Shown here: in pieces, positions 1-10,900 of the stretch
Layout: each line of letters starts with the position of its first letter
Position numbering within the stretch: the stretch's first letter is position 1
DNA from: Paramoeba atlantica
Taxonomy: Eukaryota; Protista; Discosea
NCBI GenBank assembly: GCA_977017575.1
Contig: CDRNVI010000083.1
Coordinates: 372,001-436,000, forward strand
Reading direction: 5' to 3'
Length of the DNA stretch: 64,000 bases
Translations under genes and position numbers: made by a program
Notes under the pieces: generated by a model
Seen by the model: the letters and a program-made list of their open reading frames with translations, nothing else
What the model was told of the DNA's origin: nothing
Database searches by the model: none

Positions 1-2
1 GT

Positions 3-35
3 GCTTCATCGAAAGTTGTACACTTTCGATGAAGC
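3..35. repeat. Perfect 14-bp inverted repeat (fold-back) made from family A 3' UTR-like sequence
   Basis: gcttcatcgaaagt (3-16) / tgtac / actttcgatgaagc (22-35). cttcatcgaa also occurs in the family A 3' UTR at ~205 and ~26808. Confidence 0.9.
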
Positions 36-59
36 TTCATCGAAGGTCCCCCCTACCCA

Positions 60-102
60 CAAAAAGGGGGTAATAAACAAAAAGGGCATTAGCCCTCATG
101 CC
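60..102. repeat. 1.5 units of the 18-bp repeat AAAAAGGGGGTAATAAAC followed by hairpin flank CATTAGCCCTCATGCC
   Basis: The 43-bp string caaaaagggggtaataaacaaaaagggcattagccctcatgcc is identical to 4975-5017 at the distal end of the long array. Confidence 0.9.
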
Positions 103-250
103 GAGACTAGGGATCACACATCCAGATCTTCCTTCTCAACTGCTTTGCCCAGGATGTAACATTCTTTTGAAAGACGAATCAATATTGCCTTTTTTTTTTG
201 TTCTCTTCATCGAAGGTCCCCACTACCCAACATCATCTGGTATTTTTATC

Positions 251-634
251 TTATGAGCCGTCATTACTGTTTTTTTTTTTGTGTTATCTTGTGTGCTTTT
301 GGCCCGATTTCCGGAGTAACTTCAAAGATTCAGCATTGTAGACTTCCTACCCAATGTTCTTGGGCCATATATATAAACTTTTAGAACTTGATAAAATTGA
401 TAACCATTGCACATACTCAGTTCCACTTTTTATCTATCTTTATCACCAATGACTGTCCTAAGATGTTGCAACGTCTTGAGATTAAAACCAAATCATCATC
501 TAGCATTTTAGCTTATGTGCCGTCATCACTGTTTTTTTTTGTGTGTTATCTTGTGTGCTTTTGGCACGATTTCCGGAGTAACTTCAAAGATTCAGCATTG
601 CAGACTTCCTACCCAATGTTCTTGGGCCATATAT
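251..634 (-). repeat. ~120-bp imperfect direct repeat covering the ORF end and 3' UTR of family A (251-372 and 513-634)
   Basis: Both copies read ttatg(a/t)gccgtcat...tgggccatatat. The same duplication is present in the copy at ~26850-27235. Confidence 0.85.
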
Positions 635-3600
635 TGCCGCAGTTGCGAGAAGATAGTGTATGCGGAGAATTTTTCAATTTCCAATTGGAATGCTTCTCGA
701 GTGTTTTCTACGTCTAGGCCTGCCCTATTTGCCAGTGTCTTGAGGAGTTCCTTAGTTTCCTTGTGAAGAAGACCACAATCTGTTACTGGTATGCAGCGAA
801 AGTATTCTTGGTCCAATCCTTTTTCCTGCACATATTTCCGTTGCTTACGGTCTACCGCATTTTGGAGGAGGGCAACGCTTGTCTGCCGCTTGTAGCTCCC
901 ACAACAAGTGTGCACCACTGTCACATCGTAGAGTATCTCCCCAACATTTGGCCACATTATGGCCAGATCAGGGCCTGAACGAATTCTCCGAGCACGACAA
1001 GGATGATGTTCTGCAGCTTCAGGTGAAATGGAACATTTGCACTTCGTGCAGAAGAAGGAAGAATGAAGGCGTGGTTCTATAGCGCAGGGTACTCCAGCTT
1101 TGGCACAAAGATCGGAAAGGTAGCGCACGATGTGGGAGTGCTTTCTCGTACAGTTCATCCCTGCACATCTTGAACACCCAGCTACATGTGAAATGATTCC
1201 ATGTGGTGTTTCCGTGGCGCCGCATCCTGGACAAGTAATTTCATTCGGCGCACCTTGGAGTGCGATACCAAGCCGCATCATGAGTGTATATCGGAAGAGA
1301 TACGGATTCACGTAATTATTTGTCGCTGCCAAGTGGAGATTTGCTTCTTTTGATCGCTTCATAATGCCCGCAAATCTATCCTTTTGCATCAGTTCTGAAG
1401 CCAGTGTTTCATGTTCTAACTTAATCTGCTTTTTGAAATCAGTACGTGCAGCTTGGCTGGAAATTTTCTTGTGGTTGGCACCTTTCCGCTCTCCCGTGAT
1501 ATCTACTGGAGCGTTAGTGGGTTTAAGTTGCTCATCAATAGATTTACGGGAAATCGCAAAAAGATAGCGTTGCTTCAATATCGTCGATGTTATGCCTAAG
1601 CCGCCCATCTTACATGGTAGAGAAGCTAGTCGGAGGGCTTCATCATCTGCATTGCACCATCGTCTCAACACTTTGTGGATTTCTTTATCAAATACCTCAG
1701 CGAGGGAAAACGTTGCCTCTGGAACGTGCACTCTAAGATGATAATCGTGACGTGGAAGAGTACACCGACGCAGGATTGCTAGCGACAGGTTACTTGGCCC
1801 CATCACCCGCAGACGACGAAAAAGGCATTCATGTTTACTCAGCTTTTCAATCAGTTTATGTTCCACAACTTTCGCACTTCCTATGTATCCACCTAACACT
1901 TTGATGGACTGTTCGCATGTTGTGACGCCAAGCTCCTTGAGGTTGGTTTTATTTAATACTTCGTTTGTGTTTCGGAACCACTCGCATTTTCCGTAGTTTA
2001 TATGTAAATTCAAATCCTGGGTAAGTTCACGTAAATGATGAAAAGCTGCCTCCAGTGACTTTACATTCTTTGAGCTCATTGTAACGTCGTCTTGGTACGC
2101 TCGAATTTTTACTTCGGGATAATTTTTGGAGACCTCCTTCAACGGTTGTTGCAGGAGAGAGCAAAAATAGAGCGATGAAAGTGCTGATCCCTGTCTTACT
2201 CCTGAAGAACTTTCTATAATCGAGTGTAATGCATTATTGGCGAAGAAAAGGAGTTCGGAAGGCTGGCCATATTCTAGATAAAAAAGCCGCATGAAGTGTT
2301 TAAAGATCGGCTCCTTAAGCAGTGATTTCGCTATTTCCGTACGATGTGGCGTATTATAAGCATTCTTGAAATCAACTGTGAGTATAGTGTATCCGTCTTT
2401 TCGTTCCTCTAACAACTCATGCACTATTGACTCACAGGCTCTTTCTTGTAGAATACCCCGTTGGATTGGCTGGAAAAGGGTTTTGAGGGAGCTTTCGTGT
2501 CTGTTTAAGAGAATCGAACCGCATATTTTTAGAATTGTGTCGCCCATTGCAACTGGTCGTATGCCGTTTTGCGGCTTTGCTAGAGCAATTATTCTGCAGC
2601 GTGTCAGTCGTTTACGTACGCTTTCTGCCACATCACCATTTATGACGTCACGAAACATGTGGCAAAGCGCTAGGCAGGATTCCTCATCTTCCACTAAAAG
2701 TCGCATCATGCTTTCGCTGAAGCCTGTTGGTCCCGGCGCTGCTCCTCGAGATAGTTTTTCTGTTGCCACCCGAAGCTCTGATTGCTCAACTACCCCAATT
2801 CGTGGAAAATCTTCTTCTAAACGTTTGGGGGTGGGTCCTGTAGGATGGAGCTCTTTCAACTTGAAAACTTTCTCATGCGGTTCTAGAGATGACTCTCGGT
2901 ATACATTGTCCAAAATCCGTGTTGCTTTACTCAAATTTCCTGCTTTTGCTGCTGTCAGTGCGTTTCTTATTGACCGCTGATCGATTGCAAGTTCTTGACG
3001 TTGTTCTTCACTCAGATTTTGGTCATCTAAGAGCTCGCGGTGTCTACGGCGGTGGGCTGAACTCTGTTTTCTTTTCAAAGTGAGACGAACTGTGGCCAGC
3101 GAATCCCTTGGAGCATCCAGTAATTTGTGCCATATGGCAGTTTTCTCTGATTCTAAAATGGTTTTAGGGTAGTCTCGTACAATGGATCGGAAGATGGCTA
3201 CTACATGAACTCCAAATGATGGATCGATTTGAACGAATGTCGGTAGAGGTTCATAGTCTCGGTTATTCTCGGCGCTTTCTTCTTCTTCGTCTTGATCTTC
3301 ATTCTTCTCGTCCAGGAAATTCCCAATCGCCTTTATCTTATTCAGCTTAACAGCACCTAGCGACCATATTTTAATTCTGTCTGACGGCGGTAAGTGTAGG
3401 ATACCTTGTGGACCCTCTCCTTTCCCCTCCTTATAAGAAATCTGAATCTTTACCATTCCTTTCCGTGAGGATCTTTTTACGACTTCGCCAACGGAGTGAT
3501 ACATCTCTTTATTCCTGCTAAATCCCCATCGCACCTCGCAAGTCGTACCTTTGCCCCATTCTCTAATAATTTGTTGGACTTGGTCAGGGGCTTTTGCGAA

Positions 3601-4053
3601 ACATGGGTTGCTCTTGTTTTCTTCACCGTCTGTCGACATAGAATCCGATTGTGTCGCTTTTTCGTCTTCGGACTTTGAGGCGTTCGATTCATCATTTTCC
3701 GAAGTTTCTATATCGATATTTCCTCGTTCAATTCTGTTTCGCATCGTGTATCTCTTCAACTTGATGAGATTCGAATTCTTCGCTTCTACTTGATCATGAA
3801 TTTCGTGGTCAGCCCAAATTGGAGAAATGTCTTTTCCTGTGCTTTGACTGATAACCCTAATTCGTGGTGTCTTCTTGGGTTTCGGTGCGGTCTCACTTTT
3901 ATTGTAGCTCGGCTCGGTGATTCTGGTGTTCGGAGAAGCTCTACAGCGTCCTTCGCTACAATCATCCTTCCGGGTAGCTTGCAGAAAATTTCCCGATGTC
4001 GCCCCGATGTCGTCCGTGAAGTGTTTTCCAAATCTCGCTTGACGAGCGAACAT
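592..4053 (-). CDS. RT-RLE polyprotein (N-terminal basic/acidic region, beta-rich domain, RT, CCHC knuckle, extra Cys/His finger, PD-(D/E)xK endonuclease)
   Basis: Motifs RGAAPGPTG, GIRPVAMGD, VDFKNAYN, GVRQGSALS, AYQDD, LPCKMGGLG, CPGC...HVAGC..C...HS, GPDLAI...YDVTV...KQRKY. Uninterrupted ORF. Confidence 0.93.
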   Translation of the reverse strand: MFARQARFGKHFTDDIGATSGNFLQATRKDDCSEGRCRASPNTRITEPSYNKSETAPKPKKTPRIRVISQSTGKDISPIWADHEIHDQVEAKNSNLIKLKRYTMRNRIERGNIDIETSENDESNASKSEDEKATQSDSMSTDGEENKSNPCFAKAPDQVQQIIREWGKGTTCEVRWGFSRNKEMYHSVGEVVKRSSRKGMVKIQISYKEGKGEGPQGILHLPPSDRIKIWSLGAVKLNKIKAIGNFLDEKNEDQDEEEESAENNRDYEPLPTFVQIDPSFGVHVVAIFRSIVRDYPKTILESEKTAIWHKLLDAPRDSLATVRLTLKRKQSSAHRRRHRELLDDQNLSEEQRQELAIDQRSIRNALTAAKAGNLSKATRILDNVYRESSLEPHEKVFKLKELHPTGPTPKRLEEDFPRIGVVEQSELRVATEKLSRGAAPGPTGFSESMMRLLVEDEESCLALCHMFRDVINGDVAESVRKRLTRCRIIALAKPQNGIRPVAMGDTILKICGSILLNRHESSLKTLFQPIQRGILQERACESIVHELLEERKDGYTILTVDFKNAYNTPHRTEIAKSLLKEPIFKHFMRLFYLEYGQPSELLFFANNALHSIIESSSGVRQGSALSSLYFCSLLQQPLKEVSKNYPEVKIRAYQDDVTMSSKNVKSLEAAFHHLRELTQDLNLHINYGKCEWFRNTNEVLNKTNLKELGVTTCEQSIKVLGGYIGSAKVVEHKLIEKLSKHECLFRRLRVMGPSNLSLAILRRCTLPRHDYHLRVHVPEATFSLAEVFDKEIHKVLRRWCNADDEALRLASLPCKMGGLGITSTILKQRYLFAISRKSIDEQLKPTNAPVDITGERKGANHKKISSQAARTDFKKQIKLEHETLASELMQKDRFAGIMKRSKEANLHLAATNNYVNPYLFRYTLMMRLGIALQGAPNEITCPGCGATETPHGIISHVAGCSRCAGMNCTRKHSHIVRYLSDLCAKAGVPCAIEPRLHSSFFCTKCKCSISPEAAEHHPCRARRIRSGPDLAIMWPNVGEILYDVTVVHTCCGSYKRQTSVALLQNAVDRKQRKYVQEKGLDQEYFRCIPVTDCGLLHKETKELLKTLANRAGLDVENTREAFQLEIEKFSAYTIFSQLRQYMAQEHWVGSLQC

Positions 4054-4080
4054 GTTTAAGTAATCTCAATAAAAAAAAAT

Positions 4081-4114
4081 CAACAAGGTACAGAAACTGT
4101 ATCTTTATCGTTAA
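4081..4114 (-). other. Spliced-leader exon sequence at the 5' end of element A1
   Basis: Minus strand TTAACGATAAAGATACAGTTTCTGTACCTTGTTG followed by a U-rich 5' UTR and ATG, with no GT donor. Core CAGTTTCTGTAC and terminal TTG match kinetoplastid SLs. Confidence 0.85.
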
Positions 4115-5001
4115 AAAGGGGGTAATAAACAAAAAGGGGGTAATAAACAAAAAGGGGGTAATAAACAAAAAGGGGGTAATAAACAAAAAGGGGGTAATAA
4201 ACAAAAAGGGGGTAATAAACAAAAAGGGGGTAATAAACAAAAAGGGGGTAATAAACAAAAAGGGGGTAATAAACAAAAAGGGGGTAATAAACAAAAAGGG
4301 GGTAATAAACAAAAAGGGGGTAATAAACAAAAAGGGGGTAATAAACAAAAAGGGGGTAATAAACAAAAAGGGGGTAATAAACAAAAAGGGGGTAATAAAC
4401 AAAAAGGGGGTAATAAACAAAAAGGGGGTAATAAACAAAAAGGGGGTAATAAACAAAAAGGGGGTAATAAACAAAAAGGGGGTAATAAACAAAAAGGGGG
4501 TAATAAACAAAAAGGGGGTAATAAACAAAAAGGGGGTAATAAACAAAAAGGGGGTAATAAACAAAAAGGGGGTAATAAACAAAAAGGGGGTAATAAACAA
4601 AAAGGGGGTAATAAACAAAAAGGGGGTAATAAACAAAAAGGGGGTAATAAACAAAAAGGGGGTAATAAACAAAAAGGGGGTAATAAACAAAAAGGGGGTA
4701 ATAAACAAAAAGGGGGTAATAAACAAAAAGGGGGTAATAAACAAAAGGGGGGTAATAAACAAAAAGGGGGTAATAAACAAAAAGGGGGTAATAAACAAAA
4801 AGGGGGTAATAAACAAAAAGGGGGTAATAAACAAAAAGGGGGTAATAAACAAGAAGGGGGTATAAACAAAAAGGGGGTAATAAACAAAAAGGGGGTAATA
4901 AACAAAAAGGGGGTAATAAACAAAAAGAGGGTAATAAACAAAAAGGGGGTAATAAACAAAAAGGGGGTAATAAACAAAAAGGGGGTAATAAACAAAAAGG
5001 G
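4113..5001. repeat. Tandem array of 18-bp AAAAAGGGGGTAATAAAC, ~49 units
   Basis: Directly visible with a few single-base variants. Abuts the SL of A1 and ends in cattagccctcatgcc. Confidence 0.98.
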
Positions 5002-5149
5002 CATTAGCCCTCATGCCATTTTGTATTTGAATAGTCCCTAAGCACATACACATCCGTTAATAACTTTTCTAATGAATTTACGAAATCAATCAATCAGCAG
5101 TCCCAGCCACGTCTATCTGGAATATTTATTTATTTATTTATTTATTTAT

Positions 5150-5174
5150 AACAAAAACAAAGGTCTTAACAAAA
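5150..5174. repeat. Short remnant of the AAAGG(G)TCTT-type repeat
   Basis: aacaaaaacaaaggtcttaacaaaa resembles arrays 58993-59616 and 62787-62844. Joined directly to the 3' end of element C'. Confidence 0.6.
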
Positions 5175-6843
5175 GCCCGTGGAGCGCATATATTATATAC
5201 GCGCCGATTACTATCAAATGTTCACATTCTAATAAACTAATATCCCTTTCTTTTCTTAGGAAGTATTTGAGATGACAAGCTTAAAAACTTGTCTCAGTGT
5301 ATTGGTCGTGAGCTAGAAACTGGCGGAGTTGAGCGTGGAGGATACTTCCTGCCTGTTCCTGGTGGAGTAGCGTAAATGTTTCCATTACGCTGTGTCTCTC
5401 TAGCCCGCAACGGTCCGCAATAGCCCACAGGAGATTTCGAGTGGCGTTGTGCATGGAACCGCAGGACAGAACAGGGATACATTCAAAGCATTCCTTGTTT
5501 ATCATGCCACTGTCAACATAGCGTACACGCTTGCGCTTTATCGCTTCGTTCATGAGGAATGTCGTATTGTGTTTGATATTCGAGGGAGCCAGTTCGTGAA
5601 CTACTGTGAGGTCGTAGTATTTCTCTCCTGAAGCCCATTGAATTGCGAGGTCGGGGCCCGTGCGACGCAGAGTACTTCCAACACATGTCCTGGTATGTTC
5701 CGTTTTGTTTTCAGGGTGGATCGTGGCTGCGCACGCAGAGCACTCATAGTAACTGAACTGACGAGGTTCACGTTCACACGGCAATCCAGCTCGGAGGCAT
5801 AGCTCGTAAAGGTAGCGAACAAGGGCATGATGCTTCGTAGTTACATTGTGTCCTGCACATTTGACGCATCCAGGTATGTGGGTTAGCGCTTCCGAGGAGC
5901 TTAGGAGCTTTTTGCATCCCGGGCATAGCAACGAGTTTGGCAGTTGTGGGTGGCTTATTTTTAGTCGTGACATGATGTTTAGCGTGTAGATGTGCGAAGG
6001 AATGATTTTGCGATTCCCGATAAGCCATTCATAGCTCCCTTTCTTGCTGCAAGCTTTAATCGTCGGAGCCCACTCCTTGTTTTTGAGAAGATTTGTATGG
6101 ATTTCTGTGGCTCTTTTGGTCTCCGTCACCACCTCGTCCTCAGGTGTCTTATGTGATTCCTCCAACGTCCCTGCAGGTGCTGGCGGTTCCATGCGCTGTG
6201 CCATCCGAGCTGAAAAGGATTTTTGATGCTCAAAAACGGCATGTCGCGATGAAGTGTACGCAGCGTTCCGCAAGGGTTCTGTTGCTGGAATACCCAATCC
6301 ACCTTTCTTTAAAGGTAGTCTTGCTATCATTTCTTGCTCTGGACTCAGAGGTCCCAACCACGATGTGACGACATTCTTGATCTCGTGGTCAAATTTTCGC
6401 GCTAGCTCAAGTGAGGCCTCTGGTTTATGTACCCGTACGTGATAACGGTGCCGAACGTTTACGCTGCGCGATAGCAAAAGCAGGGACGCGTTGTTGGCAC
6501 CCATCTTTTTAAGACGTCTGAATATCGTATGGTGTTTTTCCAGCGTTCGAATTAATTCGGATCCTATGCGCTGTTCCTCCCCAACGAATGCACCCAGTAC
6601 TTTAACGACTTCGCTCTCTGTACGCACACCTTCTTCTTTGAGTGTTGATGGAATGGGGGCGTCGCTTTTCCCTTCAAACCAGATGCATTTTTCGTTATTG
6701 AGTTGAATTCCTTTAGTGAGAAGCAGGGTTTGTAACCGGTGGTATGCCGCCTCGACCTCTTTTCCACTAGGAGAAGTGAGGTTGACGTCGTCGACGTAAG
6801 CTAGAACTTTGACGTTTGGAAATTCCTGCGCTATGGTCTCCAA
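5175..6843 (-). mobile_element. 5'-truncated CRE-like element C' (RT from YVDD, CCHC, RLE, 3' UTR)
   Basis: Frame 5281-6843 reads LETIAQEFPNVKVLAYVDD...LPLKKGGLG...CPGC...GPDLAIQW...YYDLTV. The FITPFL N-terminus of the listed ORF is only the translated array. Confidence 0.9.
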
Positions 6844-7004
6844 CAAAAAGGGGGTAATAAACAAAAAGGGGGTAATAAACAAAAAGGGGGTAATAAACAA
6901 AAAGGGGGTAATAAACAAAAAGGGGGTAATAAACAAAAAGGGGGTAATAAACAAAAAGGGGGTAATAAACAAAAAGGGGGTAATAAACAAAAAGGGGGTA
7001 ATAA
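6843..7004. repeat. Tandem array of 18-bp AAAAAGGGGGTAATAAAC, ~9 units
   Basis: Directly visible. Lies at the truncated 5' end of C'. Confidence 0.97.
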
Positions 7005-7934
7005 TCTTTTTATGAGAACCTTTCTTTTTATGTATATATTATCGGAATTACTAATGTGAACACTATTGTGGTATTCTTGATTTATCGTGTATTCAAAATT
7101 CACCGTTAAAGATTTCCTATTTTTTTTTTAACGCACCTCGCTAACGGCATTCAACTGGTATTCACAGGGCCGTTTCATCTCCATCGACCGGTGCCAAGTA
7201 TTTCCTAAATTGAGACATTGCGACCGAACCATTCAGTTCTTGCAATTGCAAAGCGAAATCCTGGTGAATCTTATCGCGTGCCAGTCCACATGCAACTGCA
7301 AGAGCCGACAATAATTCCTTGGTGTTTGGATGCATGGCGCCTCCAGAAAGCATGGGAATGCACAAAAACTGCTGTTTCGGAATTAAGCTCGACACGACGT
7401 ACCGGTTAATCTTACGATTGATAGCGTCTCGCATGAGAATTGCGCCGCTGCGTTTGATGTTGGATTGTGAAAGCTCGTGTATGACGGTAAAATCATAAAA
7501 GATGTCCCCGTCTGCCCAATGGATGACTAAATCTGGCCCGGAATGGTGGAATGAACCAGATCCGCAAGTCCTTTGGTGTGACGCTTTATTTTCACCGTCA
7601 ACAGTGGTACCGCACTTTCCGCAGGTGTATGTCGCGAATTGTCTAGGTTCGAGCTCGCAGGGAATGCCGGCCTTAATACATAGCGCATAGAGTTGACGCA
7701 CCATTCTGTTGTGTTTTGTGGTAGCGTTAATCCCAGAGCATTTAACGCATCCGGACACGTGAGCAATTGCGCTGCTGGAGGTGAGGAGAACGTGGCACCC
7801 AGGACATTGTACCTTCGATGGTAGCAACGGATGCTCTATTCCGAAACGGGGCATTATCGCCAACGTGAAAAGTCGCGAAGGAATGAATTTGGTGCAAGCG
7901 GTGAGCCAATTGTAATTCCCTTTCGCACTGGCCA
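7005..7934 (-). mobile_element. Family C copy 1, 3' part (CCHC, RLE, 3' UTR)
   Basis: SAKGNYNWL...CPGC...SGPDLVIHW...FYDFTV. Continues the 11907-14119 segment across a 6-bp TSD TGGCCA (7929-7934 and 11907-11912); the uninterrupted junction is visible at ~26100-26150. Confidence 0.9.
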
Positions 7935-10900
7935 AGTGGAGCGCATATATTATATACGCGCCGATTACTATCAAATGTGAGACATGTTCACCTTCCCCCC
8001 TTCTCTCAATTTTCAAAGAGAAACTATCCCGAAAATGAAATCTATATAATTTTATAAGCTGACTCAGCTTATAGTGATATTGTGTTTAGAACTTATATAC
8101 TATATTCTTGAGTTTGCGTGCAGCCGTCTAAGTATTTCTTTAGCTGCGCATAAATCCCTAATCCATTAAGCTCCTGAATCGTCAGCTTCATTTCGAGTTC
8201 GACCTGTTTCCTGTTTAGCATGGCCGCGTCTGCTAGCGAGTGTACCAAGTTCTGCGTATTGCGGTGCAAAGCGCCTCCTGCCAGTACGGGTAAACATTGA
8301 AATGAGTCTTCACGAATTAAGTTCGTACGTACATATGTGTTGGACTTTCGCTGCAGCGCGTCATTCATGAGCTGTGTGCATTTCTTTCCACGATTAGACA
8401 TTGAGAGTTCGTGAATAACTGTCAGATCATAGAAGACCGCACCCGTGTTCCAATAGATCACGAGATCGGGGCCAGACCGACAAAGTTTTTTTCCTGCACA
8501 AGTCTTCTGATGTACCAACTGGTTTTCCGGACTGATTGTGGATCGGCAAGCGATGCACTTCCACGTAGAAAAGTTTCTAGGTTCCGTTTCACATGGGATG
8601 CCTGCTTTCACGCATAGACGATGTAAAAATCCGACAAGTGAGTTATGTTTCACGGTCGTATTTATACCTGAACATTGAGCACAGCCTGGGATATGGGTGA
8701 GGGCGTTTCGGTTATTGAGGAGAATACCGCACCCTGGACACAATAGACTGGTAGGTAGATCTGGGTGTTGGGCATTTAGTCGTGGCATAATCGCGAGTTT
8801 GAAGAGATGGGAAGGGATGTACTTCGCGTTGGAAAGGATCCAGTCGCTGTTTCCTTTGAAGGATGTGGCTTGTAGAATGGGCTTAATGTCGGGATCCGTT
8901 TGCAACTCTTTCAATACTTCGACATGATGAATGCTGGTGGAAGCTTTTTCGTCCACTGGTATGACTTTCATTGTCGAGTTCTTAGGAATAGACGGGTGTG
9001 ATGGCACCGCGTTGTCGATCCGAGCTGAAAAAGAGTTTCGGCGCTCAAGAACCGAGTAGCGGGATGCCACATATGCCGTCTCCCTAAGGGGACTGCTCGC
9101 TGTCAAACCCATTCCTCCCTTCTTAACGGGTAATCGTACAATTTTCATTTGATCAGGAGAGAGTGGACCAATCCAAGTCTCTACCACATTTTCAACCTCT
9201 TGATCGAATTGTGATGATGCTTTCTCTGTTGTTTCGGGCGGGTGGACACGAATCAGGTATTGTTGACGAACATTGGCACATTTTGCTAAAAGAATCATCG
9301 ATATATTATTGATGCCCATTCGTTTTAGCCGCCGAAAAGCTGTGACCTGCTTCTCTAGTTGACGCAAAAGTCGTTCACTTATTGTGTTGTTTTCTCCAAT
9401 ATACGCTCCGAGTACTTTGACCGCTTCGTCCTCCGACTTTACACCTTGGGTGCTCAGCGAATTCGGTATGGAATTTCCGGATTTTCCTCTGAACCAAACG
9501 CATTTTGCCTCGGCTAGTTTCACCTGTTTTTCTTCTAGGAGACCTTTGAGCCTAAAGAATGCTTTCTCCAGTTCGGTTGAATCTCGAGACACTAACGTTA
9601 TATCGTCAATGTATGCATTTATTTCAATACCTGGAAATTCGGAGGCCAGTGTCTCGAGTATTGGTTGACAGAATACGCAAAAGTAAAGACTAGCCAGAGC
9701 GGACCCTTGCCGTACACCTGCTGAGCTCATTATAATGTCCGTCAGGCTGCCATCGGAGCCATAAAATAAAAGTTCGGAAGCATTTGAATATTCGGCCGCA
9801 AAGAACCTTTGAAAGGGTTTCAGTGTAGCGAAAGCAAAAACGCACTTTGCAATTTCCTCTCGTGAGGGTGAGTTGAATGCATTTTGCATATCCACAGTCA
9901 GGATTGAGTGTCCGTCAAGCCAGCGGTCCCGCAACTTGTGTACGATTCGTTCGCACCCCGCTTGAGAGAATACGCCTTGTTGCATTGGTGCAAAGAGGGG
10001 TTCCAGTGACTTTTCGTATCTTTGCAGCAGAATTATTCCAGCTAATTTGCTAAATATTTCTCCAATAGCTACTGGGCGTACTCCCCCGTTGGGCTTGTCG
10101 ATGGCTACGAGTCTTGCCCGATTTAGACGCTGTAGAACTTGTCTAGATAGGAATCCGTTGATCAGATCGCTCATCATGTGACAAAGACTATTGCAACATG
10201 GCTCGTCGTCTATGAGAAGTCTAACGATGCTGTCGGTCGTACCTGTAGGCCCAGGGCTCACACCTTTTGCCAGTCGTCTACTTGCACATCTTAATTCTTG
10301 TACGGCTATTCCTGCGATAATCGGTGCATCTTCCGGAACTTTGAAATTGCAGTTTTGTTCTGGATGAAGTGCACGTAGTTTTTGGACTTTTTCTTGATCA
10401 GTCAACGTGCTCTTCTGAAAAGAACAGTCCAAAATCCTTGAAGCCTTCGATGTACAGTTTTCTAGCACCAAACGAGTGGCCCGTTTGATTGCTCGCTTGT
10501 CCTCATGAAAAAACTCGTCTTCTGGTTGATTGTGTTCAACTGTCTCTTGTTGTATGGGTCTTCGCCGCCGTTGTCTACTATTGGCTTGACGCACAGAAGC
10601 TAATGAAAGTTTCATTGCAGACAAAACTTTATTCCAAATTTGATTTCTTTGTACGTAGTCGCTTTCTGCATAGATGTGCATGATGTCCCTGTATATGGCA
10701 ATCACACTGGAGATAAAATCAGGACTAATGGTTTTCGCGGTTGGAATTGGGAGATGGTCTACGTCTGCAGCTCCTGTGTCCAGCTTAAGCGCTCTGGCCT
10801 TTTTAACATGTGTTTCTTCGCGGGTCTCAATAGGAAGGTTCTCGTCAATGGCTGGAGGAGCTCTGTACCAACGGATCTGATATACACGGATATTTTCTTG

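Larger units (their letters stand above)
190..4114 (-). mobile_element. Full-length CRE/SLACS-like non-LTR retrotransposon, family A copy 1 (SL to poly(A))
   Basis: SL-like 5' end at 4081-4114, single 1153-aa ORF, 3' UTR, and T-run 190-199 (poly(A) on minus strand). A second 3' copy lies at 26765-28060. Confidence 0.93.

Noticed and set aside
4081-4114. SL RNA gene used as a SLACS/CRE-type target site
   Set aside because: No SL copy is followed by a GT donor or a common intron, each is followed by a different UTR, and SL sequence does not recur after the same element's poly(A) as a TSD.
3962-5053. Long ORFs of FITPFL / LLPPFC repeats (also 6831-7103, 36604-36966, 58854-60275, 58904-59743, 58954-59628)
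   Set aside because: They are stop-free translations of 18-bp arrays, with no non-repetitive coding context.
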